From Ostrea edulis (lineage: Eukaryota), in the NCBI RefSeq assembly GCF_947568905.1, contig NC_079171.1, positions 38,564,001 through 38,628,000 of the forward strand: a DNA stretch of 64,000 bases. The letters run 5' to 3'. A program made the translations under genes and the position numbers. The notes beneath the pieces were generated by a model. That model saw only the letters and a list, made by a program, of their open reading frames with translations, did no database searches and was not told the origin of the DNA. Positions 38,798-51,770 of this stretch are shown one piece after another; position 1 is the first letter of the stretch; each line of letters opens with the position of its first letter.

Positions 38798-40119
38798 ACC
38801 TTGTAACACGTACATGTAAACAACGGAACGAATGTTGTAGATCTGTAGCTCAGAGACTTGTAGCCTACAGTCTATTCTTTATATTGTTATGTGGACGCCT
38901 AATTTTTTTTTTTGGTACCCATATATTGCACTATAACTTTAGAAATCATTAAACAATACGGGATAGGGCAATACATGTATATCTTCGCATCTAAGTAGCC
39001 TATCGAGTTAGACACCCCTCGGTCCTCCAAGTCTTTTTATGTACTGCGACAGCGATTTCAACATGCTCATCAGTGCCAAGAAAACTGAATGCACGGAGAT
39101 GAAACATGTGAAGCCAGATGTTTATTAAATTCAACGACCTTCAGATAATTAAAATATATATAGTGTGATAACGTATAAAGAACATGTGTGGAAGTAAAGG
39201 CGCGGCGCAGACGATGGGTGGATCTCGGTTGTATCTGGAGTGGATTGGAGGACTTAGCTTCGTAATTGGTTGATCAAATAACTAAAACTGTTAACTAGTG
39301 CAAGGTTTTTGTAACTATCCCTAACATGGTTACATATATATTCAAGTTCATGAATTGATCATATAATCTATTTGAAATTTTGGGGGCAAAATCGATTGAT
39401 GTACATAGCCCGATTCCGACGATGGCGCGGATCCGCTTTTATTTCAATAATATTGATTGAAATAAATATTTGATTAACTTTGAATAATTACTGGTTTCAT
39501 AAAAAGACAATGGAACAATCACCAACTATAATATTTAAATGTTACGATTTGTATTAAACCTATAGTTTGGAAAAGTATTCGGATTTCGTGCATGGAATGT
39601 GAAGTTCCGGTTATTTGCAGAACATAAAAAGTAAAACTTCACCTATCTCCCAGGCCTCGATCCAAAAAAACTCTTAACTTCTATGCAGTATGTAATATAC
39701 TAATTTACAATTCATTAAGATTTATTGGATCGGGGGTTATACAAATTTTTGGTGCATATTGTTGGATATTATCAGCTTTTACAAAAATAACACAACTGTT
39801 ATGGGTTCTGCATGTTATAATTTCTATATGCGTGAATTTCCCGGAAAAAACACACTGGATTTATAAAGAAGAAGGTCTAAGCTATTTCATACCATGATGA
39901 AATATTGGAATGAAGATACTTTATTTCACTCTATATCACAGGGCCATATTTGGGTATTCGTGGCTCTTGTTCTTTTTTATGAATTATTTAACTGATGAAA
40001 CTTAAACTTGACGTGCAAATATATATTTAGTAAATCTGATACCAAACAGAATACGTCAACAGGAACAAAAGTGGCACTTGATCTGTATATACTCCTCTAA
40101 TGTCACATTATTAAGTTAA

Positions 40120-40548
40120 ATGGACTGATTCACGATGTTTAAAAGGTTTCATAAAAAACAAACATTAAGGTAATATAACCTTATATGACGGAAGCTCATT
40201 ATAGAGAGCTTATTATTTGTTTTGAAAGCAAAGATTGGGGTGTGTTTTCAAAATCAATGGATAAGTCTATTATATATCACATCTCAAGTATACTTGAAGT
40301 AAAATGTGAGAATGTACAAAATGAAGATGCTTTAAATTACAAAATTAACGTTTCAATGGTTTGTTTGTTTACATAAATAGACTCGATTCTTTGTTTACAC
40401 AACACAGAAGTAAATCTAAAGTATTGCCCTTATCCTTGCATTCAGAAGGTCCAAATTTTGGTTTTCAACTTTAAATGAGTTATATTTTTTATTTTGAACA
40501 TAAAAAATGAAAACTATTTCTTTTTTTGAAAAATGTGAACCAGTTCCT
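40120..40548. mobile_element. Older Kolobok-type MITE related to 28611-29124
   Basis: TTAA|ATGGACTGATTCACGAT ... GTGAACCAGTTCCT|TTAA. Confidence 0.75.
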
Positions 40549-41304
40549 TTAATCAAAGCACAGTAGGGAAAAAGTCTCAAAAACTATGATTGGCGCACAA
40601 TTCTATAAATCTCGTAAAATCGATCAATTATGGTAAATCTTAAATTTGATCTAAAACATAATATTACTTAATTACATTTCAGCTTGCATGATAAGAAAAA
40701 GTCTGGAATGTTAAGTTGTGACAGACGTACGGAGTGCAAACTTAAAGTTTCCTTCTACTTCGCTTGGAGAGACCAATGATTGGTATGAAGATCCTACTTG
40801 GGACGAAATGCAAAAATACAGATAATCACGGGAGGAAATATATAATATATATTCGCCGTAGTTATTTGTTTTATCGATATTTACACCTGCACAATGTCAC
40901 ACATTTCTTCAAAATATTTATTTCAATCTTCAATGTCCACAATGCGTTTGTTTGTTTAAAAAGAACAGTCTTAACATCATTCAGGGGTTTGAAACAAATT
41001 TGGCGATGCTAAAAGAAAGCATATTCTCCTGAACGGAAAAAGATCACAGTTCATTATTCAGAAAGCGGACGCTATCATAATTCAATCCACCACAATCCGG
41101 AAGTTGTCAAGTACTCTGTAAGCTGCTGTTTAAACCAAATGTCAAAATTACAAACGATCTGACATCATACATAGTACATGTGCATCAACAATTGGTCAAT
41201 ACCAGATTCAGTGGTTAGGGTGTTCGGGTTCGATTCTGGGTTCCGGTACCGCGTCAAACCGAATATATTCACCATACGCATTGATTGTTTCTTTGACAAG
41301 CGCT

Positions 41305-41505
41305 CGGAAGTAAAAGTGAAAGTTACCGTAAAGAGAAGTGAAAGTTACCGGAATTAGAAGTGAAAGTTACCGGAATTAGAAGTAAAAGTTACCGGAATTA
41401 AAAGTAAAAGTTACTGGATCGAGAAGTGAAAGTTACTGGATCGAGAAGTGAAAGTTACCGATATGAAACTTACCAGAATTTGAAGTGAGTTACCGGAATT
41501 AAAAA
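41305..41505. repeat. 22-bp minisatellite (~8 copies)
   Basis: Unit GAAGTGAAAGTTACCGGAATTA. Confidence 0.9.
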
Positions 41506-44294
41506 AGAAAGTAACGTTTCAAAATTAGTGACACTTCTTCTAAGACTGGTAATGTACAGGTATCATACGAGTGAAATTATAATGGGGGTGGAAAGAACAT
41601 ACAAACAAAATTACTTTCGGAATAACCCAACAGATCTGTGGTACGGCATGCATATACAAAAAGAAATCCAAAGTTCTTCCCTGCAGGTCATTAAGACAAA
41701 AGATTATGCATAATAATGTTTAGAGATCAACATCTTCAAGTTAAGAAACTAAGACATCATGCGCAACATTCTTGTTCGCGTCTATATTTTGAATGAGATA
41801 GTTGTTGAAATGAACAATGTAATAGGTATGGGAAAATTGTTAAACATGAAGAGATGTCGCTTCATAGTAGGAATGTCTTCAAAATATTTTTTTTTTCGTC
41901 GGATGCAGTCATTTTATTCTTTCTTATTTCAATACAACAGATTTCAAAGGAACGTGAACCAGTGCAAAACAGCGCTGTATCACCACATATCCTTACACAA
42001 TGTCGTATTTAAGTTACAAAAATGGCACGTGGAACGAGAGGTTGATTTGTATAAGGGTTCAAAAGGTCATATAAGTCAAGGTCAGAGATCAAATGTATAG
42101 ATGTTGTGGACACCCAAATAAAGAATGTATTTTCAGTCTCGACTACATAAGTAGTGTGAAAGATTTCACGTGGAGAGTGGAATGTGAATATCTCCAGGGA
42201 GTATTCAATCATACAGTTTTCATGTCAATTTGTCATTAGAAATTAGTGTTCCACCTTGTAGAGACAAAGCATAAGTTTTTGTTTTTTTTACTTTCGCTTT
42301 ATAATTACACGCTGTCGTTGTGAAAAGCATAATTATATAGCTGTGTGCTTGTTTTCATCAGTCATTTGTATTTATTCGGTGACAAATTTGTCAATGAATT
42401 ATTCATAGTTTTTCTCTTTCGCGAGGAAACACTAACCAGACCCAGCACTAATTTGAAAGCATTCACATGACATTTAGGGGGCGTTATTTTCACACATGCG
42501 CAGACACAGTATTGGAACATAGCTCTATCTACCCTAAAACAAAGGTTATCTATATACACATAGTATACACATATGCAGTGTTGAATTACATTAGTATCAA
42601 ATAAAATACATGCAATACTTGATACATGTAATAGTTTCTGCCGACGGGCACCTGCTCAGTATTTCAATTACAACATCGAGTACTGTTCAGAGATACATAT
42701 GCTTTTCTTATTTTAGTTTACATCACTATCATAACTCAGTTAAACGGTCAATTCAGAAAATTATCGAATGTTTCAACTAGTGAGGCCACCCAAACAAAAA
42801 GCTGTCACATTTACATGTAATTTTGCAGGCTAAACTGTGTGTGTTTAATGAACTCTAATTTTCAGGTTCCTTTTAAACCCCTATCGCACATGTTATTCCT
42901 GAAACAGTGCGGACGGCTGTTGTGGTGTTTATTAGTCGAAAGCAAATACAGATTATAGACATAATATACAATATAATAAATCTAAAATCATATAAAGGTC
43001 AAGGAAGAATAGAAACTGTGCTTATACATTGGTATTTCTAATTTCAAAGAAATTCTTAATAAATTTATCCAAGTTTCATGCTACTTCCAGCATGACTTCT
43101 ACTAATAACAAATATTGTTTTCAAATTAAAAAAAAAAAGAAATACGTGTATAGCTGTTTGTATTACTGTTAAATCAATTGATTTATGGTTAACATTTAAT
43201 CATCTGTGAAATCAATATATTAAGGAAATACCTGTCGTGTTAAATCCAGCTCATCAAGTTTCGAAAGATATAGGAGGATAATTTACCAATAGAAACACAT
43301 CAGCCGTCTAGAATCCGCTCTCCTTTAATAATTTCCGGGTGCCTCGAGTTTTGTCGGTTGTTTATTTGTTGTTGTTTTTTCCTTTATGTAAGCAGTTATT
43401 CCAATCGCCTACCTCATTTCAACGGAGCAACGTCAAGGGAACCGTTTACAAGACGCACTTCCCTTAAATGATCTGTGATAGAAGATACACTGTAGAAGAT
43501 ACAGTGATTTTAACCTTTGACAAACAGGTATATTCGTTATACAACATAAATGAAAGATAAAAACCCTCTCCTTTTTGTTACAGAGTTGAAAGGAATGTTT
43601 CCTTTTGTTATAGAATTGGAATATGAGTCGGGGAGGGATAGCTTACATCGACATAAAAACATGGCCAAGCGTACACGGGCACGAGGCATGTGTAGACTCT
43701 TCAAGGCCCGGGGAGGCTTGTTCCACGCCTGATTTATTCTAACTATTCCCCGAGATCGCATAAATAACATGAATTATAAAACAGTAATCTGAAGTGGTAA
43801 ATGTGTAATATCTAGAGCTCGGGAGAGCATTGATTTTACTTGCCGTTGGCGATCAGTTATAAGAGACATACAATACCCACACTCATCCGTCTTTTGAGTG
43901 GGTATACTTTACGGTGAGATCCCCGCAGATTGCGATTTAAACAGATTTTTACAATGGTGGAAATCAGTAGGACCTTACTGACGACCATCAAAACATGATA
44001 CTATCGTAAATATATATCAGTGTTTCGTCTTATTCATAATAGAATTAAATGATATACTGGTGTTGATCAATTTGAATGATGATGCAATTACATGCAATTA
44101 TATCCACCTTCCATATCATTTCGACTCAAAGTCTCGTTAAAATTGAATAACGTATTCAACTTATTCAACGTTCGGACCCCTGGACTCCCCTCTGGATCCG
44201 CCCTTGCGTACAAACTCGTATAATATATGTGCATAATTTGTGTTCTACATGTATAAACATACATGTGTAAAACTTATACGGTACCAATTTTGAT

Positions 44295-44338
44295 GCACCA
44301 GATGCGCATTTCGACAAATAATGTCTCTTCAGTGATGC
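44295..44338 (-). ncRNA. Minimal type I hammerhead ribozyme, copy 2 (within truncated element 44270-44362)
   Basis: GCAUCA-CUGAAGA-GACA(UUAUU)UGUC-GAAA-U(GCGC)A-UC^-UGGUGC; 6-bp stem I; predicted cleavage between 44301 and 44300. Confidence 0.85.
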
Positions 44339-44949
44339 TCAACCGAAATGTTTGGAATCCGAAAGTGCATAATAATAAAGAAACATTATACGAAGAAAAC
44401 ATTAATGGGGCAATATTTGCAAATGCTAAGTGAGGTGGATCCAGGAGCTGGATTCCTCATCGAGATGCTCATGGTTTTTTAGTCAAATTATAGCTTTAAT
44501 TGGGGTGTTTATTTGGCAATTTGCATTTGAAATGTTGGCGTCTCATGCATGGTCTACTAATGAAGGAAATATTATTTTATTTGGTTAATGTGTCATATAG
44601 TTTAGTAATAGAATAGCAAGAAAACAAACATGACCCGGATGTATACCGATTGTCTGCTGCACTACTTATACTGTGCCCGAAACCCCAGTGTGCACGTCAC
44701 GGTTTTTTAAACATCAACATATTTGCAGCAGTAGCATATTTAAAAAAAAAATGATTTTTCGTCCTCTTCATTTATTCATTTAATCAGTACTAGAAAACCC
44801 AAACAAATTGCTTTTATATCTTACACATCATATGCGTCGAATTCTTCTTGCAAACATTTATCAATTTATCAGGGGCGTGGCTTTGTTAGACTCGATCAGG
44901 CATGTGCCTACACATTTTTCTTATTTCTTTTTTTTTTTTTTTTCATTTT

Positions 44950-45170
44950 CAAAACACATTTTCGTCGATAAATATTTGCAAAACAATAATATGTTCATAT
45001 ATATTTCTAGTTTTTAAAATCGGATATAAAATCATTATTCCGCCGAGCCTTTTCCTTTTATAATGTATTTTATATGATATAAAAAATGGTTGTATATTTT
45101 TTATAAACTTATGGCGATCACAAGGCCTCAGTCGACTTAACAGTTTAAAAATCTTTGAAAAGTTGTGCAA
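44950..45170 (-). mobile_element. LINE endonuclease fragment
   Basis: RKRLGGIMILYP...IIVLQIFIDENVF resembles the APE endonuclease GG-hydrophobic motif region. Confidence 0.45.
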
Positions 45171-45922
45171 TATTTATAATAATAATAACGATAAAGCCTT
45201 TATTTATCCAGAATAACACAAATTAGCGTATAGCTATTTTCCATTGTAGTCCTGCTATTTAATGTCTAGGCCTATTGCAATTATTTTGATGCTCAGAGTA
45301 GTGCAAATGAGTCAAAATATTTCAATAATTTCTCGGGAGTGACCGGTCAAACCCCCTCCCGCACCCCCGCATCCCCTCTCGGCGCTTACACGTTGAAATA
45401 GTCCTAGCTACGCCCCTGATTACTTCGTACAAAATCGTAAATTACACTGTACATGTGTAATTATTGATAATGTATGAAAATGAAACGTATTAATAATAAT
45501 AATTAATAAGACTTTCATTTAGCTTTTAAAAAAAATCAAATAATTTTATGCATAACTATCTGTTATTAATAAGAAATTATTCTACGGAAACAATAAAAGA
45601 AAAATCCCCATACACACGTAACACTCCCACGTGTAGATCACCCGCATGAGCGCTGAAAACAACACTCCTCAACCTGCATGTCACCTTGACCTTGTTGACA
45701 AAATGGCGGAATTAAAGAGCCGCCCTAAGAAGCACGAGCGATTGAAACACAAGATAGGTATTAAAATGTTAATTTATTTGTTACTCGAATATTTAGTCGA
45801 AAGATAATTTACTGATATATTTCACAATGTAGTTTGTTTATTGTCAAGTGCTTGCTTTATTATATAGTTAATTGGGAGGGACAAACGTTGTGTAATTTTA
45901 AATTCACGGGAGTTTTCCACAG

Positions 45923-45947
45923 TTTAGTATTGCTGCAGTGTCAACAT
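45923..45947 (+). CDS. DED-NHL gene: 25-nt exon ending in the AT of a split start codon
   Basis: Acceptor TTTTCCACAG|; donor CAACAT|GTAAGT. AT(45946-45947)+G(46399) creates ATG in frame with the next exon. Confidence 0.65.
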
Positions 45948-46398
45948 GTAAGTATTACTTTTGCTGACTTATTGCTAGCTCAAATAACATAAGATAAATA
46001 TGTGTAAGTTGCGAACGCCATTTGATAAAATTTCCTCAGATGTGGTAACGAATTTGAATAGGAAGGGGGGGGGGTTGAAGATTTTATAAGCACTTTCACA
46101 ACGCCAGATCACGTGACCTGACGTTTGCCAGGATAGAATCCGGCACAGAAATGTTTGTCTGTGCGTCCGTCTGTGTGTCTATGCGTCCGATCGTCTGGTG
46201 CATTGTCTTCAGAATATTTCAAAAAATTCCTGGATCTGTCCCTGTTTACTATCAAAGCATTTCTAGTCATTAATTTTTTATAAACTTATGACATTGACAT
46301 CGTTATATCCGAAAAATAAGATTACAGGGGATTGTTGTTGAAATTATCGAGATACAGTAGTTGTATTTAACAAATTTCAATTTTCACTATTCCTACAG

Positions 46399-46724
46399 GT
46401 CATCATCGTCCAACTATCGGACCAAGGAGGGCCTCCACCGACATCTAATCAACACCCTCATCGACCGATTCCTAGACGGAAGCAAAAAAGACGGACAAAA
46501 CTTCATTGCATGGAAAACCCAGTTTAAAAAGTACTGCAACATGCCGGCCCAAGACGAGAAGGGACTGAGGTCAGATTTTAGTTTCCTGGAGAGGCGTGGC
46601 CTGTTGTCCGTGGGGCGTTACAGCATCCTGAATAAGATCTTTCAGAAGATTGACCCCAGGGCTGTCAGCTTCGTCAACAAAGTGTCCCAGGAAATGGCGG
46701 CTTTACCTTCAGAGAATAGACTAG
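46399..46724 (+). CDS. DED-NHL gene: death-effector-domain-like exon
   Basis: TCCTACAG| acceptor, CTAG|GTAAAT donor, phase 2 to 1. SDFSFLERRGLLSVGRYSILNKIFQKIDPRAVSFV resembles DED helices 4-6. Confidence 0.8.
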
Positions 46725-47630
46725 GTAAATACAATAAAATCACGTTTATAGCGAACACGCTTATAACGAATTCACGCTTATTGCGAAGTGACAGCATCAT
46801 ATTTGTTCGCGTTTGATAGGAAATTAACAAAAATTAAGTTAAACTCGGTAGGGTATACGTGCAGGGATACAATGCTTTAGGTGTCACTTTATTTATCTGT
46901 CGCGTCACATCATTATCTATCACGTCACATCATTATCTGTCGCGTCACATCAGTATCTGTCGCGTCACATACTTATATGTCGGAAACAAAAAACTGCAAT
47001 TGGGCTCTCGGAGAAGATTTTTAGTTTGCAATAACCGTTACCCCCAGGAAACAAAACAAACCGTCTGTCCAACCCCAGGGAACAAAACAAAACTGCCCAC
47101 CTAAGATATTCCAATATACTACAAGGGAATTAGATTTTATTGTGTTTCTCACGCTTGTGCTGGCTGAAGCTTGTATGACAATGATAAAGAATCTACACAT
47201 AGGGTGATTACACTAATCAAAGGACTGAAAGTAATGAAAGACGGGGTCAAATTACACTAAAAATTATAGTCTTGTTTAGAAACGTTGATCATGTTTAAAA
47301 ATATCATCAAACTATCAACATTTGTTAAATCGAACGAAAACTGCAATATTTTTTTTATATCTACTGTCTGTATTGTTTCCTGAAATCGACGATGTAGTCA
47401 CTTTTTTACACAAACAAAACTGTCCTACAAGCCTCGCGTTACTTTTACCCTATGCGACTTCAACACGGAAGAGTCTGGAGCGTTTATTGATACTAAGTAC
47501 AAAGTCTTTTGACTGGAAGCTGCGTTCGCAAACTGGTAGCATATTAAGCAATACCTCCTGACAGACAAGGAAGTACTGCAGAATCCGTATAAAGATAATC
47601 AACTAAACATTTTTTTTGGTTTAATTTCAG

Positions 47631-48191
47631 AGGCAAGGTCTGCAACTCTTAAGATTAACACATTCATTCTTCCGGTGGAAAAAAAGGTAGAACATGCATT
47701 ATGGGAAATGATCCACGACACCATTTCCTACATAGAGTCTTCTCCGGATCCAGTCGTGTCGACCGAAGAAGCTATAGAAATCATCGACAGTAATTCCGCC
47801 GGAAATAGAAAAAAGCCGAAGCTTAAAGGTTTAATGGACAAGACTCTTAGACTACAGAGGGAATTACACGGTGAAAAAGACCACGTGATTAACTGTAACA
47901 TCCTAAAAGTGTTTTTTCATCTGTACCAAAAGCTGCGGAAAATGAATCACCTGAAGGGTTTGAAAGTCGGACCAAAAGGACGCTTCACATTGTTTGCCGA
48001 ATTTTCCACTGTTTTAGACCTGAAGAGCTGTCTTGCGGAGGGCAGTCTAAAAACTCTGAAGAGCGACATTTCCGACTTTTATGTATCAGCGTATACAGAC
48101 CTCGGTATCGACATGAAATACGGAAATGTCATTGTAGAAGTCAAAGAGGACAAGGTTAAAGACGGAAAGCCCCCGGATATCGACAGAGGGT
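47631..48191 (+). CDS. DED-NHL gene: middle exon (uncharacterised alpha/beta domain)
   Basis: TAATTTCAG| acceptor, GGGT|GTAAGT donor, phase 1 to 1; open frame EARSATLKIN...DIDRG. Confidence 0.85.
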
Positions 48192-48540
48192 GTAAGTTAA
48201 ACGAGTTTACTGTTGTAGAAGTACTGTTATACGATTTTGTTAAAATACTTGATATTTACTTATTGATTTTGTTGCGCCATCTGAGATGAAGTTTTGAAAA
48301 TAACAATATTTTATCGCAAATTGTTACCGATAAGAAAAGAAAGGTTGTTGGAAGTTATTGGAAATTGCGCTAAATCATTCGTATGTTGATTATAGTAAAA
48401 TAAAATAAGAATATCCGAAGCAAACTTAACGACAAGAACAACCTCTCGTTTCAGTATGAAATTCTTAAATCAAACTAACTTTCAGCAAACCAGCTATACA
48501 CACCTGTCTGTGTACAAAATATTCTTATTTATCTTCATAG

Positions 48541-49337
48541 CCCCTGACGAAAAGAAAAAGTTTGACAGAAAGATAGCTGTTGATGACATAAATGAGATCT
48601 GCCACATAACTTTTGTGCTCCCTGATCAGTTTTGGGTGAGTGATTCAGAAGGGACAATGCTTCTTGTGAACCAAGATGGCGAGATTTTAGATACTTTGTC
48701 GACCAAAGCTCACGCATGCGGCAAACATGCAATAACAAATACCGGCGAACTTCTTTTTCTCAATCATGGTTGTGTGATGAAATATGTCCATGGACATGGT
48801 GCGAAGACGCTTGTGTCGGACATCACTTCCGGTGGATGGTGGGAGTGGTCGATTTTTTGCAGTCATCAAAATGGCGACATCCTCGTCGGAATGACAGATG
48901 AAAATTTGGACCATGGGAGAGTTGTCAGATTCAATAAAATTGGACATCTAATGCAGACGATAGAATTTACTGGAACTAATAGACTGTTATACAACGTACC
49001 GAGATATATAACGGAGAACGTCAACCGTGACGTCTGCACGTCTGATAACAAAGGAATCGTAGTAGTGGATAAGGCGGGAAAACACAGGTTCACGCACGAT
49101 CTGAAAATTCCGCATGGACTTTGCACGGACTCTCACGGACATATCATTGCATGCAACTGGACGTCCGTCATTCATGTCCTCAATCGTGATGGCCGCCTGC
49201 TTTGCATTATGGGAGTAGATACAAGAGACGTAATTTCACTCTGTATTGACGAGGAAAACAATCTTTATTTAGGTTCAGACTGTTCGAACACCATCAGTGT
49301 GTACCGGCTATCAACGGAGGACACGAGCAGTATGTGA
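48541..49337 (+). CDS. DED-NHL gene: last exon, NHL-repeat six-bladed beta-propeller (TRIM2/3/71-like)
   Basis: CTTCATAG| acceptor. Blades such as WSIFCSHQNGDILVG, PRYITENVNRDVCTSD, PHGLCTDSHGHIIACN, SLCIDEENNLYLG. Spliced CDS is 1686 nt = 561 aa. Confidence 0.92.
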
Positions 49338-50554
49338 TCGCGTGTTCGAACACCAACGGTGCGTACAAGCTGCCGACACGAGAACTCGTGATCAGCTGCC
49401 ATTGATCACGAGATCAACTTCCGTAAAATTCTTATTGATCATGGCATTGTGGATATCACGTGATGAAATACATTTTTTTTCTTTCGTTTGTTTTGTTAAA
49501 CTAAACTTTTACGTATTGTTTCCCAGGTTGAAGTAAAAAGTCCTCTACATAATTTTTACGTACTTGATAGCTATCAATATTGCGATACCCTGTTACAGTA
49601 TACACCCTTGTTGAACGTTAACCACCGACACGCTTGAATGCAGTTTACACACTCTGCACAAGTAAAACTTCACATAACCACCCAAAAATTGTTCCGCAAT
49701 TAATCATACTGTCCTTCAAAATGCGTGACACCTCTTCTTCCCGACAGATTGAATTTCAATATCTAGATATAAATATTTACAAAGATTGGCAATTTAAACC
49801 TCGACTTCAAAACTGAAACAATACACCACGCATCCTATTTATCTACACGGTTCAGAAGTTCCAACAATGAAGTGTATTATTTTGTTTTTGTCCTGAATCT
49901 TTGATACAAATTGTTTACCACGGGAACAAAGGTCTACGTCAAAGACAACGCGAGATTAAGTGAGCTATCACGCGAAATCATTTGTACACGCCAGAAGATT
50001 TTCAACATTACCGAAAAACATTTAGTCCCTACACCGCGCGTGGAAGTGTTCCAAATAGGGTATCATTTCAGGAGATGCGTGTGCTGTAATAAACGATTTA
50101 CGAAGTAGACAATAGAAAGAATTACACTGAGGAGCACGAAGACGGAAATTATTTGATTAAAATGAGATGTCCTTGAGCGGCGCTGTAAAGTGAATTTTAA
50201 AGCTTGCCATCAAATGGTTGTGATGTTAGCTTCAGCGTCTTTTCTCCATAAATACACACGATTATCTGCCCCGATACAAACCAAAACACAAGTAATCAGT
50301 TTATAAAACCATTGCATGCTTCTCAAGCTACTGGCGAACTACTCTAGAATTTTTTTATTTTGAGAATGACGAAAGTAACATGGATGATTTTGAAAGTCGC
50401 AGTCCAGGATATAGTGTTTTAATGATTGTATATTAGCACGCCTGATCAATGTAAATGATGAGTACCAACATTTTTGTATACCGCAAAGTATGTTTTTGTT
50501 TTCTTCTTGTTGTTAAATATTTCACTTGCCTTGATAGGCCACCATCTGTAGGAG

Positions 50555-50665
50555 AAGTACCACAAATTTCGACCTATGCTTAGCGCTTAGTCCCGTAGTA
50601 GTGAGGTTCTTTATAGCGTGCCAACGCCTGCCGCGACACACGACTTCGTTTTTAACGTCTCATCT
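50555..50665 (-). mobile_element. Truncated SINE-like element sharing a central domain with 58351-58620
   Basis: Minus strand GATGAGACGTTAAAAACGAAGTCGTGTGTCGCGGCAGGCGTTGGCACGCTATAAAGAACC... Confidence 0.6.
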
Positions 50666-51194
50666 AATATTACTGATCGTTTAACAGAGAAACAGGCGTT
50701 GTCTGTTTTAGCGCCTTAAATCGGATGTGGGGCTGGAATTGAGTTTGAAGTTAATTTTGGTTTGGAGATGTTGACATTCAAAATACATACTGTCTGCAGT
50801 TAATTTTCGCTGGGTTTTTTGTTCTCTCTGTAAAACCGCGGTAAAATAAAACTCACACAATGGAGGTAAGATAAGACTCATCATAACGTTTATATAGAGT
50901 GAATATGAAAACCACAAGTTTAAACTGTGTAAACATAAAGTTAACGAGGAAAAAACAATGTCAATATACATATATATATATAACCTGTAGCATTCACACA
51001 CAAAACACAATAAAAGATAAGCGCCTGTGTATTGGGACAACGCGTTAAACAAAGAATAGAATGTACATTTGTACAGCTATAAGTTTTACTACAACCCTAT
51101 TTTCAAAACAATAAATGTACTTGTCGATGCAAAAATGTTTGAAAATAAGTTATTCCTAGTTTTGACCCACGCTCCAGAGACGAGAACGCTTCCC

Positions 51195-51238
51195 TCAGGA
51201 TAACCGACTGGCATTAGTACTCCTCGTCCTTTCACCAT
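51195..51238 (-). CDS. DED paralogue: short terminal exon (DGERTRSTNASRLS*)
   Basis: Acceptor TTTTTTTTTTCCAG|; phase 1 continues the frame to TGA at 51197-51195. Confidence 0.6.
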
Positions 51239-51770
51239 CTGGAAAAAAAAATTCAAGTTTAATTACAAATTTACAGCAAAACTTTACAAATTTCGAACTT
51301 GTTACTCTTTTCAAATGGGGCCATTTCTGATGATCTAAAGGTACAAATTGAGAAAATGATTTTCTCTCTTCCAATGCCTATCTTGTTCTTGTCTGTCAAA
51401 GTCCAAAAAATAGCAGAAGTATGACACAAATAACGATCAATGTGTTAAAATCTAAAATTATAAGAGGAAATTCGGCCTGCCTGATACCTAATTGTATTTG
51501 TTTCATTTTTGCATAAACACAGATATATGTCCATACCTGGTGGTTTAGACAGCAAATTACATGTAGTACAAATTGTGTACTGAATTTCTAGTATATACAA
51601 TATAGCATGCATTTATGGAATTTCAAGGTCATTTCGTATGAAAAGATCGTGACATTGAGTTAACCTTGACATAAAAACAAGATCCATGACAGCCACTTTT
51701 TCTGTGGGTCAAAAGAATCCATGCTTGCTATATAATGTCGTTATATGCATATACTCTACTGAATATAACT

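Noticed and set aside
45703-45757. ATG GCG GAA... exon as the coding start of the DED-NHL gene
   Set aside because: Its donor is phase 1; joining it to 46399 shifts the frame, and joining it to 45923 gives an immediate TAG. More likely 5' UTR or a uORF.
49335-49460. Selenocysteine read-through of the TGA with a 3' hairpin as SECIS
   Set aside because: The hairpin lacks the AUGA/GA quartet and apical AA geometry, and the propeller is already complete at the stop.
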